Positions 19,412-28,014 of a DNA stretch of 64,000 nucleotides are shown piece by piece; the first letter of the stretch is position 1, and each line of letters begins with the position of its first letter. The stretch lies in assembly GCA_052389935.1 (NCBI GenBank), contig JBQTHK010000032.1:48084-112083 (forward strand), read 5' to 3'. The DNA is from Gemmatimonadota bacterium (GTDB lineage: Bacteria > Gemmatimonadota > Gemmatimonadetes > Gemmatimonadales > Gemmatimonadaceae). Position numbers and translations under genes: made by a program. Below the pieces are notes generated by a model, which did not search any database, was not told the DNA's origin, and saw nothing but the letters and a program-made list of their open reading frames with translations.

Positions 19412-19790
19412 ATGGGAGGTGGCCTGTAAGCCGGGTTCTGTCGGACAATGTTTCGTCCGGATGGTCATTTCTCTCCGAGCACGGTCACCCGTGCACTCCA
19501 GCAGCCTACCCGCGGCGTCTTGATCGAGAAGGGCCGTCTCTCGCCGCTTACTTGGCCTTGCTCCAGCTGGGGTTTGCCGAGCCATCGTCGTTACCGCCGA
19601 TGCGGTGGGCTCTTACCCCACCTTTTCACCCTTACCCCGCTGCGAGCAGCGGGGCGGTTTGTTTTCTGTGGCACTTTCCATCACGGAAGGTCCGTGTCCA
19701 GGTATTACCTGGCAGCTTGCCCAAGGAGCCCGGACTTTCCTCGACGCATCGCTCGCGCGATGCGGCGCGACCATCCGGCCACCCTCCACC
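19412..19790 (-). ncRNA. rnpB: RNase P RNA, bacterial type A
   Basis: The minus strand carries GAGGAAAGUCCGGGCUCC (rc of 19725-19742) and ACAGAACCCGGCUUAC (rc of 19426-19441). It also carries GUGCCACAGAAAA, GGUAAGGGUGAAAAGGUGGGGUAAGAGCCCACC, GGCAAACCCCA and GGGUAGGCUGCU. P1 pairs GGAGGGUGGCC (5') with GGCCACCUCCC (3'). Ends are approximate to +/-5 nt. Confidence 0.93.
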
Positions 19791-19936
19791 TGACTTCGAA
19801 TACTAATCCAGCCAATCGAATTCCGGTGCCCGCGATGACGATCGGGTGACGGTCCTCGGCGATATAACCGCATCCCATCCGGCGAGGACCCCGCATGCGC
19901 TACCAGCAGCGCATCACAGAACCACCAGTCTCGACC

Positions 19937-20827
19937 ATGCTGACGCGCGACGAACGACTGCGAGTCGACGCAGCCGGCTTTGGACTGTTCACGGCGCATC
20001 ACCGGGATAACGTTGACGACGTACTGCGTGATCTCAGGGAACAGCGGTCAAGAGCGGTCATCGTTTCAACCGCGTTCTGTCAGTACGGAGAGGAGATCAC
20101 CAGGGTGGCTCGCCTAATCCGGGAGTTTCCCCAGGTGCCTGCAGTTGCGCTGCTCTCGGAAATGGATCGTGGAACAGCGAGGGCGGTCCTGACGCTGGGC
20201 CAGTGCGGAATCCGGACGCTTGTCGACGTACGCGAGCCTGCGGGGTGGAAGGAGCTCCGCAATCTCCTGCTCAACGAACATTCAAGTGAGCTCCGGCGGA
20301 AAGCACTGGGGCTGGTCCTGCATGATCTCCATTCCGCGACATCAGGCGGGAAGCGGTTCTTCGAAGTCCTGTTTGCGGTCGCGCCCCGGACAGGGACGAT
20401 TAGAGAACTGGCGACGGGACTGCAGGTGCTGCCAAGTACGCTGATGAGCAGGTTTTTCAGGGCGGGGTTGCCGGCGCCCAAGCGCTATCTGTCGTACGCG
20501 CGGTTGATCTTCGCCAGTCGAATGCTGGAAAACCCTGGTCTATCCATCGGACGTGTAGCGGTGCGACTCGACTATTCATCAGCACAGAGTTTCAGCCGGC
20601 ATGTCCGAACGACTATCGGGATGTCGGCGACGGAATTCAGGGCTCGTTATGACGCTGACGGGATGGTCCAGTTGTTCCGCGATCATCTGGTAGCACCATT
20701 CGTCGACTGCTGGTCGAAGTTCGATCCGATGGTCGCGACCAGGCGCCGAGGCCGGCCGCAGGATCAACCAGCCAGACTGACGAGTCCTGAACGGGGAACT
20801 GCCGTAGCTGCTGACGCAACTGTCTGA
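19937..20827 (+). CDS. AraC/XylS family transcriptional regulator with an uncharacterised N-terminal domain
   Basis: C-terminal AraC-type HTH (LSIGRVAVRLDYSSAQSFSRHVRTTIGMSATEFR). The start is either ATG 19937 or ATG 19895. Confidence 0.7.
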   Translation: MLTRDERLRVDAAGFGLFTAHHRDNVDDVLRDLREQRSRAVIVSTAFCQYGEEITRVARLIREFPQVPAVALLSEMDRGTARAVLTLGQCGIRTLVDVREPAGWKELRNLLLNEHSSELRRKALGLVLHDLHSATSGGKRFFEVLFAVAPRTGTIRELATGLQVLPSTLMSRFFRAGLPAPKRYLSYARLIFASRMLENPGLSIGRVAVRLDYSSAQSFSRHVRTTIGMSATEFRARYDADGMVQLFRDHLVAPFVDCWSKFDPMVATRRRGRPQDQPARLTSPERGTAVAADATV

Positions 20828-20828
20828 C

Positions 20829-21401
20829 CTAGAGAAGGACAGCGATCTGGCGCCTGGTGGCGAGCGAGACAACTGCCAGCCCCTGCTGCTCAATGCGCTC
20901 GCGACCGCCCTCTTCCCGATCCACCAGGGCGAGGATGCCTGCAACCGCGGCGCCATGGTCGCGGACGGCGCTGACGGCACGAAGAGCTGACTCCCCTGTG
21001 GTGATCACATCTTCGACGATTACTGCCACGTCCCCGGCCTCGAGCGGGCCCTCCACCGACCGTCCTGTTCCGTGGGTCTTGGGTTCTTTCCTGACAGTAA
21101 ACGCGTTGAGTGGCCGACTGGTGGAAGCGCTCACGAGCGAGATCGCGTACGCGATTGGATCGGCGCCGAGTGTCAGGCCGCCCAAGGCGGTTGCGGCGTG
21201 AAACTTGTCGCGAATACGATCGAGACCGAGCTGGCCGATAAGAGCAAGACCGTCGGCGCTCATGGTCGTGAGCCGGGCGTCGATGTAGAAGTCCGACTTG
21301 CGGCCCGAGGAGAGCGTGAACTCACCGCGGCGACTCGATCGCCGGGCGAGCATCGCGACGAGCTGAGTCAACGCAGCCACGCCCGTGTGGCCTTCGCTCA
21401 C
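20829..21401 (-). CDS. pyrE: orotate phosphoribosyltransferase
   Basis: SGRKSDFYIDAR and the PRPP-binding loop VAVIVEDVITTGES. Confidence 0.9.
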   Translation of the reverse strand: MSEGHTGVAALTQLVAMLARRSSRRGEFTLSSGRKSDFYIDARLTTMSADGLALIGQLGLDRIRDKFHAATALGGLTLGADPIAYAISLVSASTSRPLNAFTVRKEPKTHGTGRSVEGPLEAGDVAVIVEDVITTGESALRAVSAVRDHGAAVAGILALVDREEGGRERIEQQGLAVVSLATRRQIAVLL

Positions 21402-22327
21402 GACTTCCGGAACAAGCTCTTGACCCTCGAGAAAATGCCATCAGCCGTTGACGGCTCTCCCGAGCTGCCACCGGCTGGCGTCGCGGAGAGCAGCGCTTCG
21501 CGCAGTTCTTTCGAGAAACTCTCAACCGAGCCGAAGCGGTCGACCGGCTGGCGGGCGAGTCCCTTCATGACGACCCCTTCGACCCGGGGCGCGAAGGTCA
21601 GCCCAGCTTTCGCCTTGTTGAGCGCGACCGGCGGCTGGGACAGCAGCTGCGTGAACATTTCACGCGGGCTGCGGGCAAGATATGGGAGGGTCCCGGTAAG
21701 GAGGAGGAACGAGATCGTGGCCAGTGAATACTGGTCCGCTGCAGGGGTGACCAGTTCTCCGGACAGGGCCTCGGGAGCCACATACATCAGGGTGCCGACG
21801 AAGTAGCCGGCGCGTGTGAGTCGCTCGTCCTGCGTGGTGTCGGTGGCAGCGGCAATCCCGAAGTCCAGCAGCTTGACCACGCCGGACTCGGGATCATACA
21901 TCGCATTGTCTGGCTTGAGGTCCCGGTGCACGATACCGGCGTTGTGGGCAGCCTGCACGGCCGCACCGATCTGCTCGACGATTCGTGCAACCTCCCGGCC
22001 CTCCACCGGTGCCTTGCGTTTGGCGTACTTCTCCAGGAGCTCGCCCGCTGCCCATTCCATGGCGAGAAAGTGAAGGCCGTCTGCCACACCGATTTCGATC
22101 GTCTGCACTACGTTGGGGTGCGTAACCCGTTTACCGAACTCGGCCTCGCGGGTGAACCTCGTGAGGGCAGTCTTCTCCTGCCGGAGCTTTTCGCGGAGTA
22201 CCTTGAATGCGACGCGCCCATGCGCAGAATGCGACGCCCGGTAAACTACGGCCGTTCCGCCTTCTCCAATAAGCGCGTCGAGCGTGTAGCCGGCGATCGC
22301 CCTGCCGACAAGGTTCTCCTGAGGCAC
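21398..22327 (-). CDS. Hanks-type serine/threonine protein kinase, kinase domain only
   Basis: G-loop IGEGGTAVVY, VAFK, HRDLKPDN, DFG, APE. No TM or sensor domain. The stop overlaps the pyrE start by 4 nt. Confidence 0.85.
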   Translation of the reverse strand: MPQENLVGRAIAGYTLDALIGEGGTAVVYRASHSAHGRVAFKVLREKLRQEKTALTRFTREAEFGKRVTHPNVVQTIEIGVADGLHFLAMEWAAGELLEKYAKRKAPVEGREVARIVEQIGAAVQAAHNAGIVHRDLKPDNAMYDPESGVVKLLDFGIAAATDTTQDERLTRAGYFVGTLMYVAPEALSGELVTPAADQYSLATISFLLLTGTLPYLARSPREMFTQLLSQPPVALNKAKAGLTFAPRVEGVVMKGLARQPVDRFGSVESFSKELREALLSATPAGGSSGEPSTADGIFSRVKSLFRKS

Positions 22328-22476
22328 GGCGCGAACCTAATGGTGACGCCGAAGGGCAGCAAGAATGGTCGTGAGCTAGGGCGGCCCGGGGGTTGAGGTG
22401 TCGCGTGGACAGTCCAAGGTATTCCGAAATGTTGATCAAGAGATTCTTTGACCGAGAAAGGCGGTTAAAACAGCTC

Positions 22477-23865
22477 ATGTGGCTGCGGACGTTCGGCGTC
22501 GCAACTACCCTGCTGCTGGTCCTCCCTCTGGCATGCTCCCGGGGGCGTGGCCCCGCGCCTGGTGATGCCGCGGAACCCTCGATCCAGGGTGACGGACAGA
22601 CGCCGAGGCGCTCGCCGCCGGCGACAGATGCGGTCGCGCTCTACCGCAGACTCGGACTGCTTGCCGAAGCTGGCGAAACGCCTTTTGTCGGAACCCTGTC
22701 GTTTCTCGCCGGGCGGACGGCAGACACGACGCTCATGGTCCTCACGGTCTCCCTCCCAAACCGTTCCCTTCGCTTCTCCAGAGAGGGTGATCGCTACCGG
22801 TCAGGGTACTCCGTAAGCCTCGACGTCAAGCGTGGCGCCGACAACGTCCGATCACTTCGGAGCGACGAAGTTGTGCGGGTCCTGGCATTCAGAGAGACGC
22901 AGCGGTCTGACGAAAGCGTTCTCTTCCGCCAATTCGTCCCGCTTGTGCCGGGGACTTATGACATCCGGCTACACGTCAAGGGGGACTCGGTGAATAACGG
23001 GAGCGCGATCGAGGCGACAGTCGGGGTCCCGCGTTTCGGTGATGGTGCACTTTCATCACCAGTGGCGTTTTACGAAGCGACACCGCGCACAACGCGCGAT
23101 TCACTACCGAGGATTCTCCCGACGCCGAGATCGACGGTCGTATTCGGCAGGGACTCGGTACTCCCGATCTACGTCGAGGGTTATGGTCGCGGCACGGATT
23201 TCCCGATCCACATTCACGTCAAGTCCGATGGAGCGCAGACCGCCATCTGGAGCGACACGGTGTCGCTTCCTCAGCAACAGAACCTGTTTGGTGGAATCGT
23301 CAACGTTCCCGTGAACAGGCTGGGGGTTGGTGTGATGACCGTCGGGGTGTCGAGGGAGGGAGGCACTGATACTCTGCGGGCTCCGTTGTTCATCGCCTTC
23401 GGTGAGGATCTGCCGGTGACGACCTTCAGCGAGATGCTCGATTATCTGCGCTACTACGTTTCCGCGCCGCGGCTGCAGGAGATGCGTAGCGCGACGCCCG
23501 AAGTCCGGGCGACGCTCTGGGCGGCCTTCATCCGCGAGTCGGATCCAGTTCCGCAGACCGACATCCACGAGGGGCTGCGCGACTATTTCGGCCGGATTGC
23601 TCAGGCGAATCTTCGCTTTCGTGACGAGGGGCTCGCCGGATGGCTCTCAGATCGGGGCCGCGTTCTCGTGTCACTGGGAACCCCCGATCAGATCATCGAG
23701 CCTAACGCCGATTACGCGCAGCGTGGTCGCACGCAGGTGTGGGAGTACCGACAGCACCGACTGGCTGTCGTTTTCGTCGACCAATCCGGATTCGGCCGGT
23801 GGCGCATGACGTTGAGCTCCGAGACTGAATTCGAAGGCGTTGCTCGCCGGGTGATGATTCAGTAG
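22477..23865 (+). CDS. GWxTD domain-containing protein, secreted
   Basis: Signal peptide MWLRTFGVATTLLLVLPLAC. C-terminal block GWLSDRGRVLVSLGTPDQI...WEY fits the GWxTD domain. Confidence 0.7.
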   Translation: MWLRTFGVATTLLLVLPLACSRGRGPAPGDAAEPSIQGDGQTPRRSPPATDAVALYRRLGLLAEAGETPFVGTLSFLAGRTADTTLMVLTVSLPNRSLRFSREGDRYRSGYSVSLDVKRGADNVRSLRSDEVVRVLAFRETQRSDESVLFRQFVPLVPGTYDIRLHVKGDSVNNGSAIEATVGVPRFGDGALSSPVAFYEATPRTTRDSLPRILPTPRSTVVFGRDSVLPIYVEGYGRGTDFPIHIHVKSDGAQTAIWSDTVSLPQQQNLFGGIVNVPVNRLGVGVMTVGVSREGGTDTLRAPLFIAFGEDLPVTTFSEMLDYLRYYVSAPRLQEMRSATPEVRATLWAAFIRESDPVPQTDIHEGLRDYFGRIAQANLRFRDEGLAGWLSDRGRVLVSLGTPDQIIEPNADYAQRGRTQVWEYRQHRLAVVFVDQSGFGRWRMTLSSETEFEGVARRVMIQ

Positions 23866-23874
23866 CGCAGTTGC

Positions 23875-23903
23875 TTGACAGTCAGTAACGGCAGTTCTAT
23901 ATC
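23875..23903 (+). promoter_or_regulatory. sigma-70-type promoter of the cold-shock gene (TTGACA-17 nt-TATATC)
   Basis: Perfect -35 hexamer at 23875-23880, a 17-nt spacer, and a 4/6 -10 at 23898-23903. This leaves a 5' UTR of about 65-70 nt before the ATG at 23978. Confidence 0.5.
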
Positions 23904-23977
23904 TGGCGTCGCAAGCCCTCTGGGTTTGCCCGGCACACGAAAGTGCAGGATCGATCACTGCGGCGGAGTATGCCAGC

Positions 23978-24181
23978 ATGGCACGAGGAAAGGTAAAGTG
24001 GTTCAACGATGCCAAGGGTTACGGCTTCATCGAGCAGGATAGCGGCGAAGACGTATTTGTCCATTTCTCCGCGATCCAGATGGACGGCTTCAAGACACTG
24101 ACCGAGGGAACGCCGGTCGAATTCGAGATCGAGACGGGCGCCAAGGGACTGCACGCAGCGCACGTCACGAGGGCCGGCTGA
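23978..24181 (+). CDS. cold-shock protein (CspA family)
   Basis: [34 protein letters not shown] carries the RNP1 and RNP2 motifs. 67 aa. Confidence 0.95.
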   Translation: MARGKVKWFNDAKGYGFIEQDSGEDVFVHFSAIQMDGFKTLTEGTPVEFEIETGAKGLHAAHVTRAG

Positions 24182-24205
24182 GTAGAATTCCGCGGCAGTC
24201 CATTG

Positions 24206-24238
24206 AACCGCCTGCCCTGTGCAGGCGGTTTTGATTTT
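24206..24238 (+). terminator. rho-independent terminator after the cold-shock gene
   Basis: 10-bp stem aaccgcctgc/gcaggcggtt, 5-nt loop, followed by ttgatttt. Confidence 0.7.
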
Positions 24239-24251
24239 GCGATAATCACAG

Positions 24252-27104
24252 ATGCCAACTGCTGGCCGTCCGCCCTCGCCGGCTCTCTTTTTGATCGACG
24301 GCTACGCCCTGATATACCGGGCGTTCTTTGCGCTGCTCAGCCGGCCTCTGCGCACCGCGAAGGGCGAAAACACGTCAGCCGCCTGGGGCGTGGTGGGTTT
24401 CCTGCAGAGGCTCGTTGAGAAGCACAAACCAGAATACGTGGCCTGGATTCATGACGCCGGCAGTTCATTCCGGACCGAAGTCTATGCTGACTACAAGGCG
24501 ACCCGGGAGAAGCTTTCCTCAGAGCTGCAGCAGGATTTCGACCAGGGGCTCGAGCGCATCGAGAGCCTGCTGTCGGCATTTGGGGTTCCGATAATTACAG
24601 TGAGCGGGTTCGAGGCGGACGATGTGATCGGTACAATGGCGCGACAGGCGCTCGAGAAAGGTGTCAATGCGGTTGTGGTTTCGGGCGACAAGGACTTTCA
24701 GCAGCTGGTACGCCCCGGCATCTGGCTTTTGAACCCCGGGCGCGGCGGGCCTGCCAGCGTCGACGAACAATGGGTGGGCATGGAGAATGCCACAGACCGC
24801 CTTGGAGTTGATCCGCGGTTCGTGACCGACTTCCTCGCCCTCATCGGCGACTCATCCGACAACGTTCCCGGCGTGCCCGGGATCGGTGACAAGACAGCGC
24901 AGGAGCTGATCGCGACCTGGGGAGATCTCGACTCCATCATGGCTCACGCAGGCGAGGTCAGTCGCAAGCGCCCACGTGAGGCACTGCAGCAATACCGGGA
25001 GCAGGCATATCTCTCGCGTCAACTGGTCACGATTCGCCAGGACGTTCCGTTCGAGCTCGAGCTTCAATCACTCAGGGCACGCGAGGCGGACAGGGCTCGC
25101 CTGCGCAAACTCTTCGTCGAGCTGGAGTTCACCACCCTCCTCCCCACGCTCGAGGACCGCTCGGTGCCGGCCGGGCCCCGACCGGTCGGCGACTATCGCC
25201 TCGTCGAGACAACCGACGAAGTGGAGGCCGCAACAGCAAGCCTCAAGGGAGCTCGGCTGATCGCGCTTTCGATCGCGAGCACGGGCGTCTCCGGTGAGAG
25301 TCCCCTGCGGAACCACATCGCCGGGATCGCCCTTGGTGCAGAAGACGGCCCGAGGTTCTACATCCCCTTACACCACCAGCCGTGGGCCGCGGAGCAGGGC
25401 GACCTTCTTGGTGGCGCGGGAAAACTCGGTGGGGGGCCGGAAGGTGAGAGCCTGGCGGCCAATGCCATAAGGCGTGGCGAAGCAGCACCCGCCAATCTTC
25501 CCGGTTTCGGCCATCCTTCGTTTGCCGGACTACGCCAGCTACTCGAGGATCCAGCTGTTGCAAAGATTACCCGACAGTCCAAGGCGGACTCCCTTATGCT
25601 GCGGGGAGTTGGAGTGACGCTGCGAGGAGTCGAGTTCGACGTCACGCTCGCTTCATATGTGCTGGATCCCAACCGGCGATCCCACGAAGTCCCGCTCCTC
25701 GCCTTCGAAATGCTGGATCGCACGGTGGAGTCGCGTGAAACCGTGCTCGGAAAGGGGCGCGTTGAGCTTGGCTTCGAGAACGTACCGGCCACACTGGCAC
25801 GTGACACGATGTGTGAAGAGGTAGAGCTCATTCATGCACTGCGCGAGGCGATGCTCCCCAGGCTCGAGAGTGCCGGTGGACTGAGCCTGCTGACCGACGT
25901 GGAACTGCCACTGGTCTCGGCGCTGGCCGAGATGGAATGGACAGGAGTCGCGATCGACGCCGACTGGTTTGCGTCACTCAAGTCCCGCTTCCACCTCGAG
26001 CGGTCGAGGATCGAAAAGGCCATCTGGGCAGTAGCGGGAGAGGAATTCAACATCAATTCCAATCCAAAACTCCGCGGCATCCTGTTCGACAAGCTGAAAC
26101 TGCCGGTGCGCAAACGCACGGCGAGCGGCCCATCGACCGACGCGTCCGTGCTGCAGGAACTGGCCGAGGAGGGTCACGAACTGCCTCTGCTGCTGATGGA
26201 ATACCGGGAGATCGCCAAGCTCGAGTCGACGTATCTGGATACACTGCCGGGGCTGGTCCTCCCGCGCGACCAGCGGATTCACACTACCTACAATCAGACA
26301 GTAGCCGCTACCGGTCGACTGTCTTCGCAGGACCCAAACCTCCAGAACATCCCGATCCGCCGCGAGCTGGGAAAGGACATCCGCCGCGGCTTCATCCCGC
26401 GGCCCGGATGGCAGTTTGTTGCCGCCGACTACTCGCAGATCGAGCTGCGACTTCTGGCGCATCTCTCCGGAGATGACGCGTTCGTCGCCGCATTCAGGGC
26501 AGGTGGTGACATCCACCGCCAGACTGCGGCGATCATCTTCGGCGTCGCCGCTGATGATGTAACGGCGGAGATGCGCGCACGGGCAAAGACGATAAATTTC
26601 GCCACGATTTACGGCCAGGGACCCAACGCCCTTTCCCGGCAGCTGAGAATAAGCGTCCAGGAAGCGCGAGACTTCATCGCCACCTACTTCGAACGCTTCA
26701 GCGGCGTCAGGCAGTACCTGGACAGCATGGTCGCGTTCGCGAAAAGCAACGGATATGTAGAAACAATCTTCCGCCGGCGCCGTTACATCCCCGAGCTGAA
26801 AGAGCGCAACTTCAACATCCGCGCCTTCGGCGAACGAGTTGCCGCCAACGCCCCCATCCAGGGCTCGGCAGCCGACCTGATCAAGGTCGCCATGATCCGG
26901 CTTCACGACGCCATCGTGTCGAGCAAGCTTGCGAGCCGCATGATTCTGCAGGTGCACGACGAACTCGTTTTCGAGGCCCCAGCCTCGGAGGTCAGCGAAC
27001 TCCCGACGCTCATCCGGGAGCACATGGAAGGAGCGGCATCGCTCGCTGTCCCATTGGTGGTCGATATAGGTAGCGGCGACAACTGGCTGGACGCCAAGTC
27101 ATAG
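24252..27104 (+). CDS. polA: DNA polymerase I
   Basis: 5' nuclease (LIDGYALIYRAFFA, GDSSDNVPGVPGIGDKTA) and polymerase motifs (RLSSQDPNLQNIP, DYSQIELR, QVHDEL). 950 aa. Confidence 0.95.
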   Translation: MPTAGRPPSPALFLIDGYALIYRAFFALLSRPLRTAKGENTSAAWGVVGFLQRLVEKHKPEYVAWIHDAGSSFRTEVYADYKATREKLSSELQQDFDQGLERIESLLSAFGVPIITVSGFEADDVIGTMARQALEKGVNAVVVSGDKDFQQLVRPGIWLLNPGRGGPASVDEQWVGMENATDRLGVDPRFVTDFLALIGDSSDNVPGVPGIGDKTAQELIATWGDLDSIMAHAGEVSRKRPREALQQYREQAYLSRQLVTIRQDVPFELELQSLRAREADRARLRKLFVELEFTTLLPTLEDRSVPAGPRPVGDYRLVETTDEVEAATASLKGARLIALSIASTGVSGESPLRNHIAGIALGAEDGPRFYIPLHHQPWAAEQGDLLGGAGKLGGGPEGESLAANAIRRGEAAPANLPGFGHPSFAGLRQLLEDPAVAKITRQSKADSLMLRGVGVTLRGVEFDVTLASYVLDPNRRSHEVPLLAFEMLDRTVESRETVLGKGRVELGFENVPATLARDTMCEEVELIHALREAMLPRLESAGGLSLLTDVELPLVSALAEMEWTGVAIDADWFASLKSRFHLERSRIEKAIWAVAGEEFNINSNPKLRGILFDKLKLPVRKRTASGPSTDASVLQELAEEGHELPLLLMEYREIAKLESTYLDTLPGLVLPRDQRIHTTYNQTVAATGRLSSQDPNLQNIPIRRELGKDIRRGFIPRPGWQFVAADYSQIELRLLAHLSGDDAFVAAFRAGGDIHRQTAAIIFGVAADDVTAEMRARAKTINFATIYGQGPNALSRQLRISVQEARDFIATYFERFSGVRQYLDSMVAFAKSNGYVETIFRRRRYIPELKERNFNIRAFGERVAANAPIQGSAADLIKVAMIRLHDAIVSSKLASRMILQVHDELVFEAPASEVSELPTLIREHMEGAASLAVPLVVDIGSGDNWLDAKS

Positions 27105-27320
27105 CCACTGCGCAACTTCCGGGGGGAACCAGTCTCGACACTTGCAGACTGCCGCGTTCTGTGCGATTCGAACGCCCACGGATCGGGTGACCGGTATCAC
27201 ACGACCGGACCAAGTCCCTTACTTCCAACAGGTTATGACTGCTGCGACCTTCCGGCCCCGGCGTTGCTTTGAGTGCGGGCAGTTCTGGTCACCTGAAACT
27301 CAAGTCCGAGGGCCGCTGAC

Positions 27321-27704
27321 ATGGGGTCGCAGAGAAAAGGCTTTACACTGATAGAGCTTCTGATCGTCGTCGTGATCATCGGGATCCTGGCGGCCGTCGC
27401 CGTGCCAAAGTTCCAGAACACGAAAGGCAAGGCGAACGCCGCGTCGCTCAGGTCAGATCTGCGCAATCTCGCGACGGCGCAGGAGGCATACTTTTACGAT
27501 AACGGTTCGTATACTTCGAGTCTCGTTGCGCTCAATTTCAACGCCTCTCCCGGGGTGACATTCACATTTGGGACAGCAACGGCCGGCGGATGGTCTGCCA
27601 ACGCCACGCACCCACAGGCTTTCCCGATTCAATGCGCGCTATTCGTCGGCTCGGCGCCCGCACTCGCGCCCGCTACCGTGGAGGGACTGATCGTCTGTCA
27701 GTAA
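27321..27704 (+). CDS. type IV pilin-like protein (prepilin N-terminal cleavage/methylation domain)
   Basis: MGSQRKG/FTLIELLIVVVIIGILAAVAVPKF class III signal. Two C-terminal Cys residues. Confidence 0.8.
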   Translation: MGSQRKGFTLIELLIVVVIIGILAAVAVPKFQNTKGKANAASLRSDLRNLATAQEAYFYDNGSYTSSLVALNFNASPGVTFTFGTATAGGWSANATHPQAFPIQCALFVGSAPALAPATVEGLIVCQ

Positions 27705-27732
27705 GCGGGCCAGGCGCCCGTGTGATCCGCGA

Positions 27733-28014
27733 TTGATCGAGCCACGCGAGTTCAAGCGTCGTCTCGACGGAATGAATCACGCGATGGCTGGGGGCCTTTG
27801 GCTTCATCGGCACGTGTGGAAGGGCCGGCCGATGGCGCACCTCATATCCACAAACCGCCAACTGCTCCTCGATTACGGCGCGCGTGTCGGGCTCCCGCTG
27901 GAGCGGCTGCAATACAAGCCACTCAAGGATCCACGGACTGGTAACAGGCGAGACGCATGGCACTGGGACCTCATGGGGCCTTTCCTTCCGCCCTCAACCA
28001 GCCGTGACCGCTGA
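27733..28014 (+). CDS. DUF4031-like small protein
   Basis: WKGRPMAHLISTNRQLLLDYGARVGLPLERLQYK...HWDL resembles DUF4031. The call is tentative. The 3' end overlaps the convergent acyltransferase by 21 nt. Confidence 0.5.
   Translation: MIEPREFKRRLDGMNHAMAGGLWLHRHVWKGRPMAHLISTNRQLLLDYGARVGLPLERLQYKPLKDPRTGNRRDAWHWDLMGPFLPPSTSRDR

Noticed and set aside
19379-19585. N-terminal 69 codons of track ORF 18563..19585, including the ATG at 19468
   Set aside because: This segment overlaps the 3' third of the RNase P RNA gene on the same strand. It would put a 30-residue polar extension in front of a lipoprotein signal peptide.
25974-27023. 349-aa minus-strand ORF
   Set aside because: Antisense to polA, with no motifs. 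High-GC shadow frame.
27161-27179. gtgcgattcgaacgcccac, whose reverse complement contains a TTCGAAT T-loop-like sequence (possible tRNA gene or att remnant near the pilin gene)
   Set aside because: Flanking bases give only a 3-bp T-stem with a mismatch. No acceptor-stem complement, anticodon arm or D-arm can be found within 90 nt on either strand.
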